Shown in pieces: positions 11,901 through 27,200 of a DNA stretch of 64,000 bases. Every line of letters begins with the position of its first letter. Within the stretch, counting starts at the first letter, position 1. The notes under the pieces were generated by a model. That model was not told the DNA's origin. It ran no database searches and worked only from the letters and a program-made list of their open reading frames with translations. The translations under genes and the position numbers were made by a program. Origin of the DNA: the human T2T-CHM13v2.0 reference genome, Homo sapiens; NCBI RefSeq assembly GCF_009914755.1, contig NC_060939.1; one strand, 5' to 3'.

Positions 11901-14900
11901 ATTCCAGTCCATTCCATTTGTGTCCACTGCATTCCATTCCACTCCATTCCATATTATTCCATTACACTCCATTCCATTCTATTACTTTCATTTCCATTCA
12001 ATTCCATTCCATTTGATTCCATTCCACTCGGTTTCATTCCATTTGAGTCCACTCCATTCCATTCCATTCCATTCCATTCAGTTCCATTCCATTCTGTTCC
12101 ATTCCATTCCGTTCCATTACATTCCATTCCATTCGGTACCATTCCATATTGTTCCATTCGATTCCATTCGAATCCATTCCATTCCAGTCCATTCCATTCG
12201 ATTCCATTCCATTCATTTCAATTCCATTCCATTCCATTCCATTCCATTCCACTTGATTCCTCTCCATTCCCTTCCACTGCATTCCGTTCGATTCCATTCC
12301 ATTGCATTGCATTCCATTCCATTGGATTGCATTCCATTCGATTCCATTCCATTCGAATCAATTACATAGCAATCCATTACATTCGAGTCTATTCTATTCC
12401 GTTCCATTCGATTTCGTTCCAATCCATTCGATTCCATTCCATTCGATTCCATTCCATACTATTGCATTCCATTCGATTACATTATATTCGAATAAGTTCC
12501 ATTCAAGACCATTTCTTTTGAGTCCATTCTATTTGAGTCCATTCCCTTTGATTCCATAACATTTGAGTCCATTCAATTCCATTCCTTTCGTTTCCATTCC
12601 ATTTGAGGCCATTCCATTCAATTCTGTTCTACTCGACTCCAATACATTCAATTCCATTCCATCCGATTCCATTACATTCTTTTCATTTCTTATCCATTTC
12701 AAGCCATTCCACTCCATTCCATTCCACTCGTTTCCTTTCCAGTCGAGTCCATTCCTCTCCAGTCCATTCCGTTCAATCCATTCCATTCCAGTCCATTCCA
12801 TTCGAGTCCGTTCCATTCCAGTCCATTCCATTCGAGTCAATTCCATCACATTCAATGTCTTTCCATAACGATCCATTCCATTCTATTCCTTTCGATTCCA
12901 TTCCATTCTATTTCATTCCATTCGATTCCCTTCCATTGGACTCCTTTCCATTCGAGTGCATTCCATTCCGTTCCATTTCTTTCCGTTCTGTACGATTCCT
13001 ACCGTTCGATTTCATTTTGTTCCAGTCCATTCCTTTCGCGTCCATTCCATTCCATTTCACTCCATTCGATTCCATTCCACTCGATTCCACTTCGTTCCAT
13101 TTCATTGCATTCCATTCTATTCAACTCTATTGCCTTCCATTCCATTCCATTCGATTACATTCCATGCGATTCCATTCGAAATCGAATCAATTACATTGCA
13201 ATCCATTACAATTTCGTCCGTTTTATTCCAGTCCACTGCATTCTGGTCCATTCCATTTGATTCCATTCCATTCTATTCCATTCCGTACAGTTGCATTCCT
13301 TTGGATTCCATGCTATATCTATAAATTCAATTCGAGACCATTGCTTTTGAGTCCATTCTATATGATTCCATTCCATTCAAGTCCATTGCATTTGGTTCAA
13401 TTCCATTCCATTCCATTCCCTTCCATTCCATTCCAGTTGATATCAATCCATTCGATTCCATTCCATTCGAGCACATTCCATTCGAGTCCATTCCATTCGA
13501 TGCCATTCCATTTGATTCTATTCCATTAGTCTCCATTCAATTCCATTAATCTCCATTCCATTCCATTCTACTCCAACTGATTCCATTCCATTCTATTCCT
13601 TTCCATTCCATTTCATTCCATTCCATTCCATTTCATTCCATTCCATTCCATTCGCTTCCATTCCATTCGTGTCCATTCCACTCCAATCCATTCCATGCGT
13701 GTCCATTCCATTCCAGTCCATTCCATTTGTGTCCACTGCATTCCATTCCACTCCATTCCATATTATTCCATTTCACTCCCTTCCATTCTATTACTTTCAT
13801 TTCCGTTCAATTCCATTCCATTTGATTCCATTCCACTCGGTTTCATTCCATTTGAGTCCACTCCATTCCATTCCATTCCATTCCATTCAGTTCCATTCCA
13901 TTCTGTTCCATTCCATTCCGTTCCATTGCATTCCATTCCATTCGGTACCATTCCATATTGTTCCATTTGATTCCATTCGAATCCATTCCATTCCAGTCCA
14001 TTCCATTGGATTCCATTCCATTCCTTTCAATTCCATTCCATTCCATTCCATTCCACTTGATTCCACTCCATTCCCTTCCACTGCATTCCATTCGATTCCA
14101 TTCCATTGCATTGCATTCCATTCCATTGGACTGCATTCCATTCGATTCCATTCCATTCGAATCAATTATATAGCAATCCATTACATTCGAGTCTATTCTA
14201 TTCCGTTCCATTCGATTTCGTTCCAATCCATTCGATTCCATTCCATTCGATTCCATTCCATACTATTGCATTCCATTCGATTACATTATATTCGAATAAG
14301 TTCCATTCAAGACCATTTCTTTTGAGTCCATTCGATTTGAGTCCATTCCCTTTGATTCCATAACATTTGAGTCCATTCAATTCCATTCCTTTCGTTTCCA
14401 TTCCATTTGATGCCATTCCATTCAATTCTGTTCTACTCGACTCCAATACATTCAATTCCATTCCATCCGATTCCATTACATTCTTTTCATTTCTTATCCA
14501 TTTCAAGTCATTCCACTCCATTCCATTCCACTCGTTTCCTTTCCATTCGAGTCCATTCCTCTCCAGTCCATTCCGTTCAATCCATTCCATTCCAGTCCAT
14601 TCCATTCCAGTCCGTTCCATTCCAGACCATTCCATTCGAGTCAATTCCATTCCATTCGATGTCTTTCCATAACGATCCATTCCATTCTATTCCTTTCGAT
14701 TCCATTCCATTCTATTTCATTCCATTCGATTCCCTTCCATTGGACTCCTTTCCATTCGAGTGCATTCCATTCCGTTCCATTTCTTTCCGTTCTGTACGAT
14801 TCCTACCGTTCGATTTCATTTTGTTCCAGTCCATTCCTTTCGCCTCCATTCCATTCCATTTCACTCCATTCGATTCCATTCCACTCGATTCCACTTCGTT

Positions 14901-17900
14901 CCATTTCATTGCATTCCATTCTATTCAACTCTATTGCCTTCTATTCCATTCCATTCGATTACATTCCATGCGATTCCATTCGAAATCGAATCAATTACAT
15001 TGCAATCCATTACAATTGAGTCCGTTTTATTCCAGTCCACTGCATTCTGGTCCATTCCATTTGATTCCATTCCATTCTATTCCATTCCATACAGTTGCAT
15101 TCCTTTGGATTCCATGCTATATATATAAATTCAATTCGAGACCATTGCTTTTGAGTCCATTCTATATGATTCCATTCCATTCAAGTCCATTACATTTGAT
15201 TCAATTCCATTCCATTCCATTCCCTTCCATTCCATTCCAGTTGATATCAATCCTTTCGATTCCATTCCATTCGAGCACATTCCATTCGAGTCCATTCCAT
15301 TCGATGCCATTCCATTTGATTCTATTCCATTAGTCTCCATTCAATTCCATTAATCTCCATTCCATTCCATTCTACTCCAACTGATTCCATTCCATTCTAT
15401 TCCTTTCCATTCCATTTCATTCCATTCCATTCCATTTCATTTCCATTCCATTCCATTCGTGTCCATTCCACTCCAGTCCATTCCATTCGTGTCCATTCCA
15501 TTCCAGTCCATTCCATTTGTGTCCACTGCATTCCATTCCACTCCATTCCATATTATTCCATTACACTCCATTCCATTCTATTACTTTCATTTCCATTCAA
15601 TTCCATTCCATTTGATTCCATTCCACTCGGTTTCATTCCATTTGAGTCCACTCCATTCCATTCCATTCCATTCCATTCAGTTCCATTCCATTCTGTTCCA
15701 TTCCATTCCGTTCCATTACATTCCATTCCATTCGGTACCATTCCATATTGTTCCATTCGATTCCATTCGAATCCATTCCATTCCAGTCCATTCCATTCGA
15801 TTCCATTCCATTCATTTCAATTCCATTCCATTCCATTCCATTCCATTCCACTTGATTCCTCTCCATTCCCTTCCACTGCATTCCGTTCGATTCCATTCCA
15901 TGGCATTGCATTCCATTCCATTGGATTGCATTCCATTCGATTCCATTCCATTCGAATCAATTACATAGCAATCCATTACATTCGAGTCTATTCTATTCCG
16001 TTCCATTCGATTTCGTTCCAATCCATTCGATTCCATTCCATTCGATTCCATTCCATACTATTGCATTCCATTCGATTACATTATATTCGAATAAGTTCCA
16101 TTCAAGACCATTTCTTTTGAGTCCATTCTATTTGAGTCCATTCCCTTTGATTCCATAACATTCGACTCCATTCAATTCCATTCCTTTCGTTTCCATTCCA
16201 TTTGAGGCCATTCCATTCAATTCTGTTCTACTCGACTCCAATACATTCAATTCCATTCCATCCGATTCCATTACATTCTTTTCATTTCTTATCCATTTCA
16301 AGCCATTCCACTCCATTCCATTCCACTCGTTTCCTTTCCAGTCGAGTCCATTCCTCTCCAGTCCATTCCGTTCTATCCATTCCATTCCAGTCCATTCCAT
16401 TCGAGTCCGTTCCATTCCAGTCCATTCCATTCGAGTCAATTCCATCACATTCGATGTCTTTCCATAACGATCCATTCCATTCTATTCCTTTCGATTCCAT
16501 TCCATTCTATTTCATTCCATTCGATTCCCTTCCATTGGACTCCTTTCCATTCGAGTGCATTCCATTCCGTTCCATTTCTTTCTGTTCTGTACGATTCCTA
16601 CCGTTCGATTTCATTTTGTTCCAGTCCATTCCTTTCGCGTCCATTCCATTCCATTTCACTCCATTCGATTCCATTCCACTCGATTCCACTTCGTTCCATT
16701 TCATTGCATTCCATTCTATTCAACTCTATTGCCTTCCATTCCATTCCATTCGATTACATTCCATGCGATTCCATTCGAAATCGAATCAATTACATTGCAA
16801 TCCATTACAATTGCGTCCGTTTTATTCCAGTCCACTGCATTCTGGTCCATTCCATTTGATTCCATTCCATTCTATTCCATTCCGTACAGTTGCATTCCTT
16901 TGGATTCCATGCTATATCTATAAATTCAATTCGAGACCATTGCTTTTGAGTCCATTCTATATGATTCCATTCCATTCAAGTCCATTGCATTTGGTTCAAT
17001 TCCATTCCATTCCATTCCCTTCCATTCCATTCCAGTTGATATCAATCCATTCGATTCCATTCCATTCGAGCACATTCCATTCGAGTCCATTCCATTCGAT
17101 GCCATTCCATTTGATTCTATTCCATTAGTCTCCATTCAATTCCATTAATCTCCATTCCATTCCATTCTACTCCAACTGATTCCATTCCATTCTATTCCTT
17201 TCCATTCCATTTCATTCCATTCCATTCCATTTCATTCCATTCCATTCCATTCGCTTCCATTCCATTCGTGTCCATTCCACTCCAATCCATTCCATTCGTG
17301 TCCATTCCATTCCAGTCCATTCCATTTGTGTCCACTGCATTCCATTCCACTCCATTCCATATTATTCCATTTCACTCCCTTCCATTCTATTACTTTCATT
17401 TCCATTCAATTCCATTCCATTTGATTCCATTCCACTCGGTTTCATTTTATTTGAGTCCACTCCATTCCATTCCATTCCATTCCATTCAGTTCCATTCCAT
17501 TCTGTTCCATTCCATTCCGTTCCATTGCATTCCATTCCATTCGGTACCATTCCATATTGTTCCATTTGATTCCATTCGAATCCATTCCATTCCAGTCCAT
17601 TCCATTCGATTCCATTCCATTCCTTTCAATTCCATTCCATTCCATTCCATTCCACTTGATTCCACTCCATTCCCTTCCACTGCATTCCATTCGATTCCAT
17701 TCCATTGCATTGCATTCCATTCCATTGGACTGCATTCCATTCGATTCCATTCCATTCGAATCAATTACATAGCAATCCATTACATTCGAGTCTATTCTAT
17801 TCCGTTCCATTCGATTTCGTTCCAATCCATTCGATTCCATTCCATTCGATTCCATTCCATACTATTGCATTCCATTCGATTACATTATATTCGAATAAGT

Positions 17901-18900
17901 TCCATTCAAGACCATTTCTTTTGAGTCCATTCGATTTGAGTCCATTCCCTTTGATTCCATAACATTTGAGTCCATTCAATTCCATTCCTTTCGTTTCCAT
18001 TCCATTTGATGCCATTCCATTCAATTCTGTTCTACTCGACTCCAATACATTCAATTCCATTCCATCCGATTCCATTACATTCTTTTCATTTCTTATCCAT
18101 TTCAAGTCATTCCACTCCATTCCATTCCACTCGTTTCCTTTCCATTCGAGTCCATTCCTCTCCAGTCCATTCCGTTCAATCCATTCCATTCCAGTCCATT
18201 CCATTCCAGTCCGTTCCATTCCAGACCATTCCATTCGAGTCAATTCCATTCCATTCGATGTCTTTCCATAACGATCCATTCCATTCTATTCCTTTCGATT
18301 CCATTCCATTCTATTTCATTCCATTCGATTCCCTTCCATTGGACTCCTTTCCATTCGAGTGCATTCCATTCCGTTCCATTTCTTTCCGTTCTGTACGATT
18401 CCTACCGTTCGATTTCATTTTGTTCCAGTCCATTCCTTTCGCCTCCATTCCATTCCATTTCACTCCATTCGATTCCATTCCACTCGATTCCACTTCGTTC
18501 CATTTCATTGCATTCCATTCTATTCAACTCTATTGCCTTCCATTCCATTCCATTCGATTACATTCCATGCGATTCCATTCGAAATCGAATCAATTACATT
18601 GCAATCCATTACAATTGAGTCCGTTTTATTCCAGTCCACTGCATTCTGGTCCATTCCATTTGATTCCATTCCATTCTATTCCATTCCATACAGTTGCATT
18701 CCTTTGGATTCCATGCTATATATATAAATTCAATTCGAGACCATTGCTTTTGAGTCCATTCTATATGATTCCATTCCATTCAAGTCCATTACATTTGGTT
18801 CAATTCCATTCCATTCCATTCCCTTCCATTCCATTCCATTTGATATCAATCCATTCGATTCCATTCCATTCGAGCACATTCCATTCGAGTCCATTCCATT
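8965..18900 (+). repeat. Local ~3598 bp dimeric higher-order repeat (U6U7 / U8U9 / U10U11)
   Basis: TTGAGGCC (GGCC at 9009, 12607, 16206) and CCAGTCGAG mark U6, U8 and U10. TTCAAGTCATT and TTCGCCTCC mark U7, U9 and U11. Confidence 0.9.
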
Positions 18901-21528
18901 CGATGCCATTCCATTTGATTCTATTCCATTAGTCTCCATTCAATTCCATTAATTTCCATTCCATTCCATTCTACTCCAACTGATTCCATTCCATTCTATT
19001 CCTTTCCATTCCATTTCATTCCATTCCATTCCATTCGTGTCCATTCCACTCCAGTCCATTCCATTCGTGTCCATTCCATTCCAGTCCATTCCATTTGTGT
19101 CCACTGCATTCCATTCCACTCCATTCCATATTATTCCATTACACTCCATTCCATTCTATTACTTTCATTTCCATTCAATTCCATTCCATTTGATTCCATT
19201 CCACTCGGTTTCATTCCATTTGAGTCCACTCCATTCCATTCCATTCCATTCCATTCAGTTCCATTCCATTCTGTTCCATTCCATTCCGTTCCATTGCATT
19301 CCATTCCATTCGGTACCATTCCGTATTGTTCCATTTGATTCCATTCGAATCCATTCCATTCCAGTCTATTCCATTCGATTCCATTCCATTCCTTTCAATT
19401 CCATTCCATTCCATTCCATTCCACTTGATTCCACTCCATTCCCTTCCACTGCATTCCATTCGATTCCATTCCATTGCATTGCATTCCATTCCATTGGACT
19501 GCATTCCATTCGATTCCATTCCATGCGAATCAATTACATAGCAATCCATTACATTCGAGTCTATTCTATTCCGTTCCATTCGATTTCGTTCCAATCCATT
19601 CGATTCCATTCCATTCGATTCCATTCCATACTATTGCATTCCATTCTATTACATTATATTCGAATAAGTTCCATTCAAGCCCATTTCTTTTGAGTCCATT
19701 CTATTTGAGTCCATTCCCTTTGATTCCATAACATTTGAGTCCATTCAATTCCATTCCTTTCGTTTCCATTCCATTTGATGCCATTCCATTCAATTCTGTT
19801 CTACTCGACTCCAATACATTCAATTCCATTCCATCCGATTCCATTACATTCTTTTCATTTCTTATCCATTTCAAGCCATTCCACTCCATTCCATTCCACT
19901 CGTTTCCTTTCCATTCGAGTCCATTCCTCTCCAGTCCATTCCGTTCAATCCATTCCATTCCAGTCCATTCCATTCTAGTCCGTTCCATTCCAGACCATTC
20001 CATTCGAGTCAATTCCATTCCATTCGATGTCTTTCCATAACGATCCATTCCATTCTATTCCTTTCGATTCCATTCCATTCTATTTCATTCCATTCGATTC
20101 CCTTCCATTGGACTCCTTTCCATTCGAGTGCATTCCATTCCGTTCCATTTCTTTCCGTTCTGTACGATTCCTACCGTTCGATTTCATTTTGTTCCAGTCC
20201 ATTCCTTTCGCGTCCATTCCATTCCATTTCACTCCATTCGATTCCATTCCACTCGATTCCACTTCGTTCCATTTCATTGCATTCCATTCTATTCAACTCT
20301 ATTGTCTTCCATTCCATTGCATTCGATTACATTCCATGCGATTCCATTCGAAATCGAATCAATTACATTGCAATCCATTACAATTGAGTCCGTTTTATTC
20401 CAGTCCACTGCATTCTGGTCCATTCCATTTGATTCCATTCCATTCTATTCCATTCCATACAGTTGCATTCCTTTGGATTCCATGCTATATCTATAAATTC
20501 AATTCGAGACCATTGCTTTTGAGTCCATTCTATATGATTCCATTCCATTCAAGTCCATTACATTTGGTTCAATTCCATTCCATTCCATTCCCTTCCATTC
20601 CATTCCAGTTGATATCAATCCATTCGATTCCATTCCATTCGAGCACATTCCATTCGAGTCCATTCCATTCGATGCCATTCCATTTGATTCTATTCCATTA
20701 GTCTCCATTCAATTCCATTAATCTCCATTCCATTCCATTCTACTCCAACTGATTCCATTCCATTCTATTCCTTTCCATTCCATTTCATTCCATTCCATTC
20801 CATTTCATTCCATTCCATTCCATTCGTGTCCATTCCACTCCAGTCCATTCCATTCGTGTCCATTCCATTCCAGTCCATTCCATTTGTGTCCACTGCATTC
20901 CATTCCACTCCATTCCATATTATTCCATTACACTCCATTCCATTCTATTACTTTCATTTCCATTCAATTCCATTCCATTTGATTCCATTCCACTCGGTTT
21001 CATTCCATTTGAGTCCACTCCATTCCATTCCATTCCATTCCATTCAGTTCCATTCCATTCTGTTCCATTCCATTCCATTCCATTCGGTACCATTCCATAG
21101 TGTTCCATTCGATTCCATTCGAATCCATTCCATTCCAGTCCTTTCCATTCGATTCCATTCCATTCATATCAATTCCATTCCATTCCATTCCATTCCATTC
21201 CATTCCATTCTATTCCACTTGATTCCTCTCCATTCCCTTCCACTGCATTCCGTTCGATTCCATTCCATTGCATTGCATTCCATTCCATTGGATTGCATTC
21301 CATTCGATTCCATTCCATTCGAATCAATTACATTGCAATCCATTACATTCGAGTCTATTCTCTTCCGTTCCATTCGATTTCGTTCCAATCCATTCGATTC
21401 CATTCCATTCGATTCCATTCCATACTATTGCATTCCATTCGATTAAATTATATTCGAATAAGTTCCATTCAAGACCATTTCTTTTGAGTCCATTCTATTT
21501 GAGTCCATTCCCTTTGATTCCATAACAT

Positions 21529-24500
21529 TTGAGTCCATTCGATTCCATTCCTTTCGTTTCCATTCCATTTGATGCCATTCCATTCAATTCTGTTCTACTC
21601 GACTCCAATACATTCAATTCCATTCCATCCGATTCCATTACATTCTTTTCATTTCTTATCCATTTCAAGCCATTCCACTCCATTCCATTCCACTCGTTTC
21701 CTTTCCATTCGAGTCCATTCCTCTCCAGTCCATTCCGTTCAATCCATTCCATTCCAGTCCATTCCATTCGAGTCCGTTCCATTCCAGTCCATTCCATTCG
21801 AGTCAATTCCATTCCATTCGATGTCTTTCCATAACGATCCATTCCATTCTATTCCTTTCGATTCCATTCCATTCTCTTTCATTCCATTCGATTCCCTTCC
21901 ATTGGACTCCTTTCCATTCGAGTGCATTCCATTCCGTTCCATTTCTTTCCGTTCTGTACGATTCCTACCGTTCGATTTCATTTTGTTCCAGTCCATTCCT
22001 TTCGCGTCCATTCCATTCCATTTCACTCCATTCGATTCCATTCCACTCGATTCCACTTTGTTCCATTTCATTGCATTCCATTCTATTCAACTCTATTGCC
22101 TTCCTTTCCATTCCATTCGATTACATTCCATGCGATTCCATTCGAAATCGAATCAATTACATTGCAATCCATTACTATTGAGTCCGTTTTATTCCAGTCC
22201 ACTGCATTCTGGTCCATTCCATTTGATTCCATTCCATTCTATTCCATTCCATACAGTTGCATTCCATTGGATTCCATTCTATATCTATAAATTCAATTCG
22301 AGACCATTGCTTTTGAGTCCATTCTATATGTTTCCATTCCATTCAAGTCCATTACATTTGGTTCAATTCCATTCCATTCCATTCCCTTCCATTCCATTCC
22401 AGTTGATATCAATCCATTCGATTCCATTCCATTCGAGCACATTCCATTCGAGTCCATTCCATTCGATGCCATTCCATTTGATTCTATTCCATTAGTCTCC
22501 ATTCAATTCCATTAATCTCCATTCCATTCCATTCTACTCCAACTGATTCCATTCCATTCTATTCCTTTCCATTCCATTTCATTCCATTCCATTCCATTTC
22601 ATTCCATTCCATTCGTGTCCATTCCACTCCAGTCCATTCCATTCGTGTCCATTCCATTCCAGTCCATTCCTTTTGTGTCCACTGCATTCCATTCCACTCC
22701 ATTCCATATTATTCCATTACACTCCATTCCATTCTATTACTTTCATTTCCATTCAATTCCATTCCATTTGATTCCATTCCACTCGGTTTCATTCCATTTG
22801 AGTCCACTCCATTCCATTCCATTCCATTCCATTCAGTTCCATTCCATTCTGTTCCATTCCATTCCGTTCCATTCGGTACCATTCCATAGTATTCCATTCG
22901 ATTCCATTCGAATCCATTCTATTCCAGTCCTTTCCATTCGATTCCATTCCATTCATTTCAATTCCATTCCATTCCATTCCATTCCATTCCACTTGATTCC
23001 TCTCCATTCCCTTCCACTGCATTCCGTTCGATTCCATTCCATTGCCTTGCATTCCATTCCATTGGATTGCATTCCATTCGATTCCATTCCATTCGAATCA
23101 ATTACATAGCAATCCATTACATTCGAGTCTATTCTCTTCCGTTCCATTCGATTTCGTTCCAATCCATTCGATTCCATTCCATTCGATTCCATTCCATACT
23201 ATTGCATTCCATTCGATTACATTATATTCGAATAAGTTCCATTCAAGACCATTTCTTTTGAGTCCATTCTATTTGAGTCCATTCCCTTTGATTCCATAAC
23301 ATTTGATTCCATTCAATTCCATTCCTTTCGTTTCCATTCCATTTGATGCCATTCCATTCAATTCTGTTCTACTCGACTCCAATACATTCAATTCCATTCC
23401 ATCCGATTCCATTACATTCTTTTCATTTCTTATCCATTTCAAGCCATTCCACTCCATTCCATTCCACTCGTTTCCTTTCCATTCGAGTCCATTCCTCTCC
23501 AGTCCATTCCGTTCAATCCATTCCATTCCAGTCCATTCCATTCGTGTCCGTTCCATTCCAGTCCATTCCATTCGAGTCAATTCCATTCCATTCGATGTCT
23601 TTCCATAACGATCCATTCCATTCTATTCCTTTCGATTCCATTCCATTCTATTTCATTCCATTCGATTCCCTTCCATTGGACTCCTTTCCATTCGAGTGCA
23701 TTCCATTCCGTTCCATTTCTTTCCGTTCTGTACGATTCCTACCGTTCGATTTCATTTTGTTCCAGTCCATTCCTTTCGCGTCCATTCCATTCCATTTCAC
23801 TCCATTCGATTCCATTCCACTCGATTCCACTTCGTTCCATTTCATTGCATTCCATTCTATTCAACTCTATTGCCTTCCATTCCATTCCATTCGATTACAT
23901 TCCATGCGATTCCATTCGAAATCGAATCAATTACATTGCAATCCATTACTATTGAGTCCGTTTTATTCCAGTCCACTGCATTCTGGTCCATTCCATTTGA
24001 TTCCATTCCATTCTATTCCATTCCATACAGTTGCATTCCTTTGGATTCCATGCTATATATATAAATTCAATTCGAGACCATTGCTTTTGAGTCCATTCTA
24101 TATGATTCCATTCCATTCAAGTCCATTACATTTGGTTCAATTCCATTCCATTCCATTCCCTTCCATTCCATTCCAGTTGATATCAATCCATTCGATTCCA
24201 TTCCATTCGAGCACATTCCATTCGAGTCCATTCCATTCGATGCCATTCCATTTGATTCTATTCCATTAGTCTCCATTCAATTCCATTAATCTCCATTCCA
24301 TTCCATTCTACTCCAACTGATTCCATTCCATTCTATTCCTTTCCATTCCATTTCATTCCATTCCATTCCATTTCATTCCATTCCATTCCATTCGTGTCCA
24401 TTCCACTCCAGTCCATTCCATTCGTGTCCATTCCATTCCAGTCCATTCCATTTGTGTCCACTGCATTCCATTCCACTCCATTCCATATTATTCCATTACA

Positions 24501-27200
24501 CTCCATTCCATTCTATTACTTTCATTTCCATTCAATTCCATTCCATTTGATTCCATTCCACTCGGTTTCATTCCATTTGAGTCCACTCCATTCCATTCCA
24601 TTCCATTCAGTTCCATTACATTCCATTCCATTCGGTACCATTCCATATTGTTCCATTCGATTCCATTCGAATCCATTCCATTCCAGTCCATTCCATTCGA
24701 TTCCATTCCATTCATTTCAATTCCATTCCATTCCATTCCATTACATTCCACTTGATTCCTCTCCATTCCCTTCCACTGCATTCCGTTCGATTCCATTCCA
24801 TTGCATTGCATTCCATTCCATTGGATTGCATTCCATTCGATTCCATTCCATTCGAATCAATTACATAGCAATCCATTACATTCGAGTCTATTCTATTCCG
24901 TTCCATTCGATTTTGTTCCAATCCATTCGATTCCATTCCATTCGATTCCATTCCATACTATTGCATTCCATTCGATTACATTATATTCGAATAAGTTCCA
25001 TTCAAGACCATTTCTTTTGAGTCCATTCTATTTGAGTCCATTCCCTTTGATTCCATAACATTTGAGTCCATTCAATTCCATTCCTTTCGTTTCCATTCCA
25101 TTTGATGCCATTCCATTCAATTCTGTTCTACTCGACTCCAATACATTCAATTCCATTCCATCCGATTCCATTACATTCTTTTCATTTCTTATCCATTTCA
25201 AGCCATTCCACTCCATTCCATTCCACTCGTTTCCTTTCCATTCGAGTCCATTCCTCTCCAGTCCATTCCGTTCAATCCATTCCATTCCAGTCCATTCCAT
25301 TCGAGTCCGTTCCATTCCAGTCCATTCCATTCGAGTCAATTCCATTCCATTCGATGTCTTTCCATAACGATCCATTCCATTCTATTCCTTTCGATTCCAT
25401 TCCATTCTCTTTCATTCCATTCGATTCCCTTCCATTGGACTCCTTTCCATTCGAGTGCATTCCATTCCGTTCCATTTCTTTCCGTTCTGTACGATTCCTA
25501 CCGTTCGATTTCATTTTGTTCCAGTCCATTCCTTTCGCGTCCATTCCATTCCATTTCACTCCATTCGATTCCATTCCACTCGATTCCACTTTGTTCCATT
25601 TCATTGCATTCCATTCTATTCAACTCTATTGCCTTCCTTTCCATTCCATTCGATTACATTCCATGCGATTCCATTCGAAATCGAATCAATTACATTGCAA
25701 TCCATTACTATTGAGTCCGTTTTATTCCAGTCCACTGCATTCTGGTCCATTCCATTTGATTCCATTCCATTCTATTCCATTCCATACAGTTGCATTCCAT
25801 TGGATTCCATTCTATATCTATAAATTCAATTCGAGATCATTGCTTTTGAGTCCATTCTATATGTTTCCATTCCATTCAAGTCCATTACATTTGGTTCAAT
25901 TCCATTCCATTCCATTCCCTTCCATTCCATTCCAGTTGATATCAATCCATTCGATTCCATTCCATTCGAGCACATTCCATTCGAGTCCATTCCATTCGAT
26001 GCCATTCCATTTGATTCTATTCCATTAGTCTCCATTCAATTCCATTAATCTCCATTCCATTCCATTCTACTCCAACTGATTCCATTCCATTCTATTCCTT
26101 TCCATTCCATTTCATTCCATTCCATTCCATTTCATTCCATTCCATTCGTGTCCATTCCACTCCAGTCCATTCCATTCGTGTCCATTCCATTCCAGTCCAT
26201 TCCTTTTGTGTCCACTGCATTCCATTCCACTCCATTCCATATTATTCCATTACACTCCATTCCATTCTATTACTTTCATTTCCATTCAATTCCATTCCAT
26301 TTGATTCCATTCCACTCGGTTTCATTCCATTTGAGTCCACTCCATTCCATTCCATTCCATTCCATTCAGTTCCATTCCATTCTGTTCCATTCCATTCCGT
26401 TCCATTCGGTACCATTCCATAGTATTCCATTCGATTCCATTCGAATCCATTCTATTCCAGTCCTTTCCATTCGATTCCATTCCATTCATTTCAATTCCAT
26501 TCCATTCCATTCCATTCCATTCCACTTGATTCCTCTCCATTCCCTTCCACTGCATTCCGTTCGATTCCATTCCATTGCCTTGCATTCCATTCCATTGGAT
26601 TGCATTCCATTCGATTCCATTCCATTCGAATCAATTACATAGCAATCCATTACATTCGAGTCTATTCTCTTCCGTTCCATTCGATTTCGTTCCAATCCAT
26701 TCGATTCCATTCCATTCGATTCCATTCCATACTATTGCATTCCATTCGATTACATTATATTCGAATAAGTTCCATTCAAGACCATTTCTTTTGATTCCAT
26801 TCTATTTGAGTCCATTCCCTTTGATTCCATAACATTTGAGTCCATTCAATTCCATTCCTTTCGTTTCCATTCCATTTGATGCCATTCCATTCAATTCTGT
26901 TCTACTCGACTCCAATACATTCAATTCCATTCCATCCGATTCCATTACATTCTTTTCATTTCTTATCCATTTCAAGCCATTCCACTCCATTCCATTCCAC
27001 TCGTTTCCTTTCCATTCGAGTCCATTCCTCTCCAGTCCATTCCGTTCAATCCATTCCATTCCAGTCCATTCCATTCGTGTCCGTTCCATTCCAGTCCATT
27101 CCATTCGAGTCAATTCCATTCCATTCGATGTCTTTCCATAACGATCCATTCCATTCTATTCCTTTCGATTCCATTCCATTCTATTTCATTCCATTCGATT
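21529..27200 (+). repeat. Local 3533 bp period duplication (U13U14 / U15 plus start of U16)
   Basis: U13 and U15 (both 1774 bp) share TTCTCTTTC, CCACTTTG, CCTTTTGTG, CATAGTATT and TTGCCTTGC. U14 and U16 share TTCGTGTCCG. Confidence 0.85.

Noticed and set aside
1-18900. Y-chromosome DYZ1 (~3.6 kb) assignment
   Set aside because: The 3.6 kb periods are only local dimers of near-identical 1.8 kb monomers. The basic period throughout is 1.8 kb with one KpnI site.
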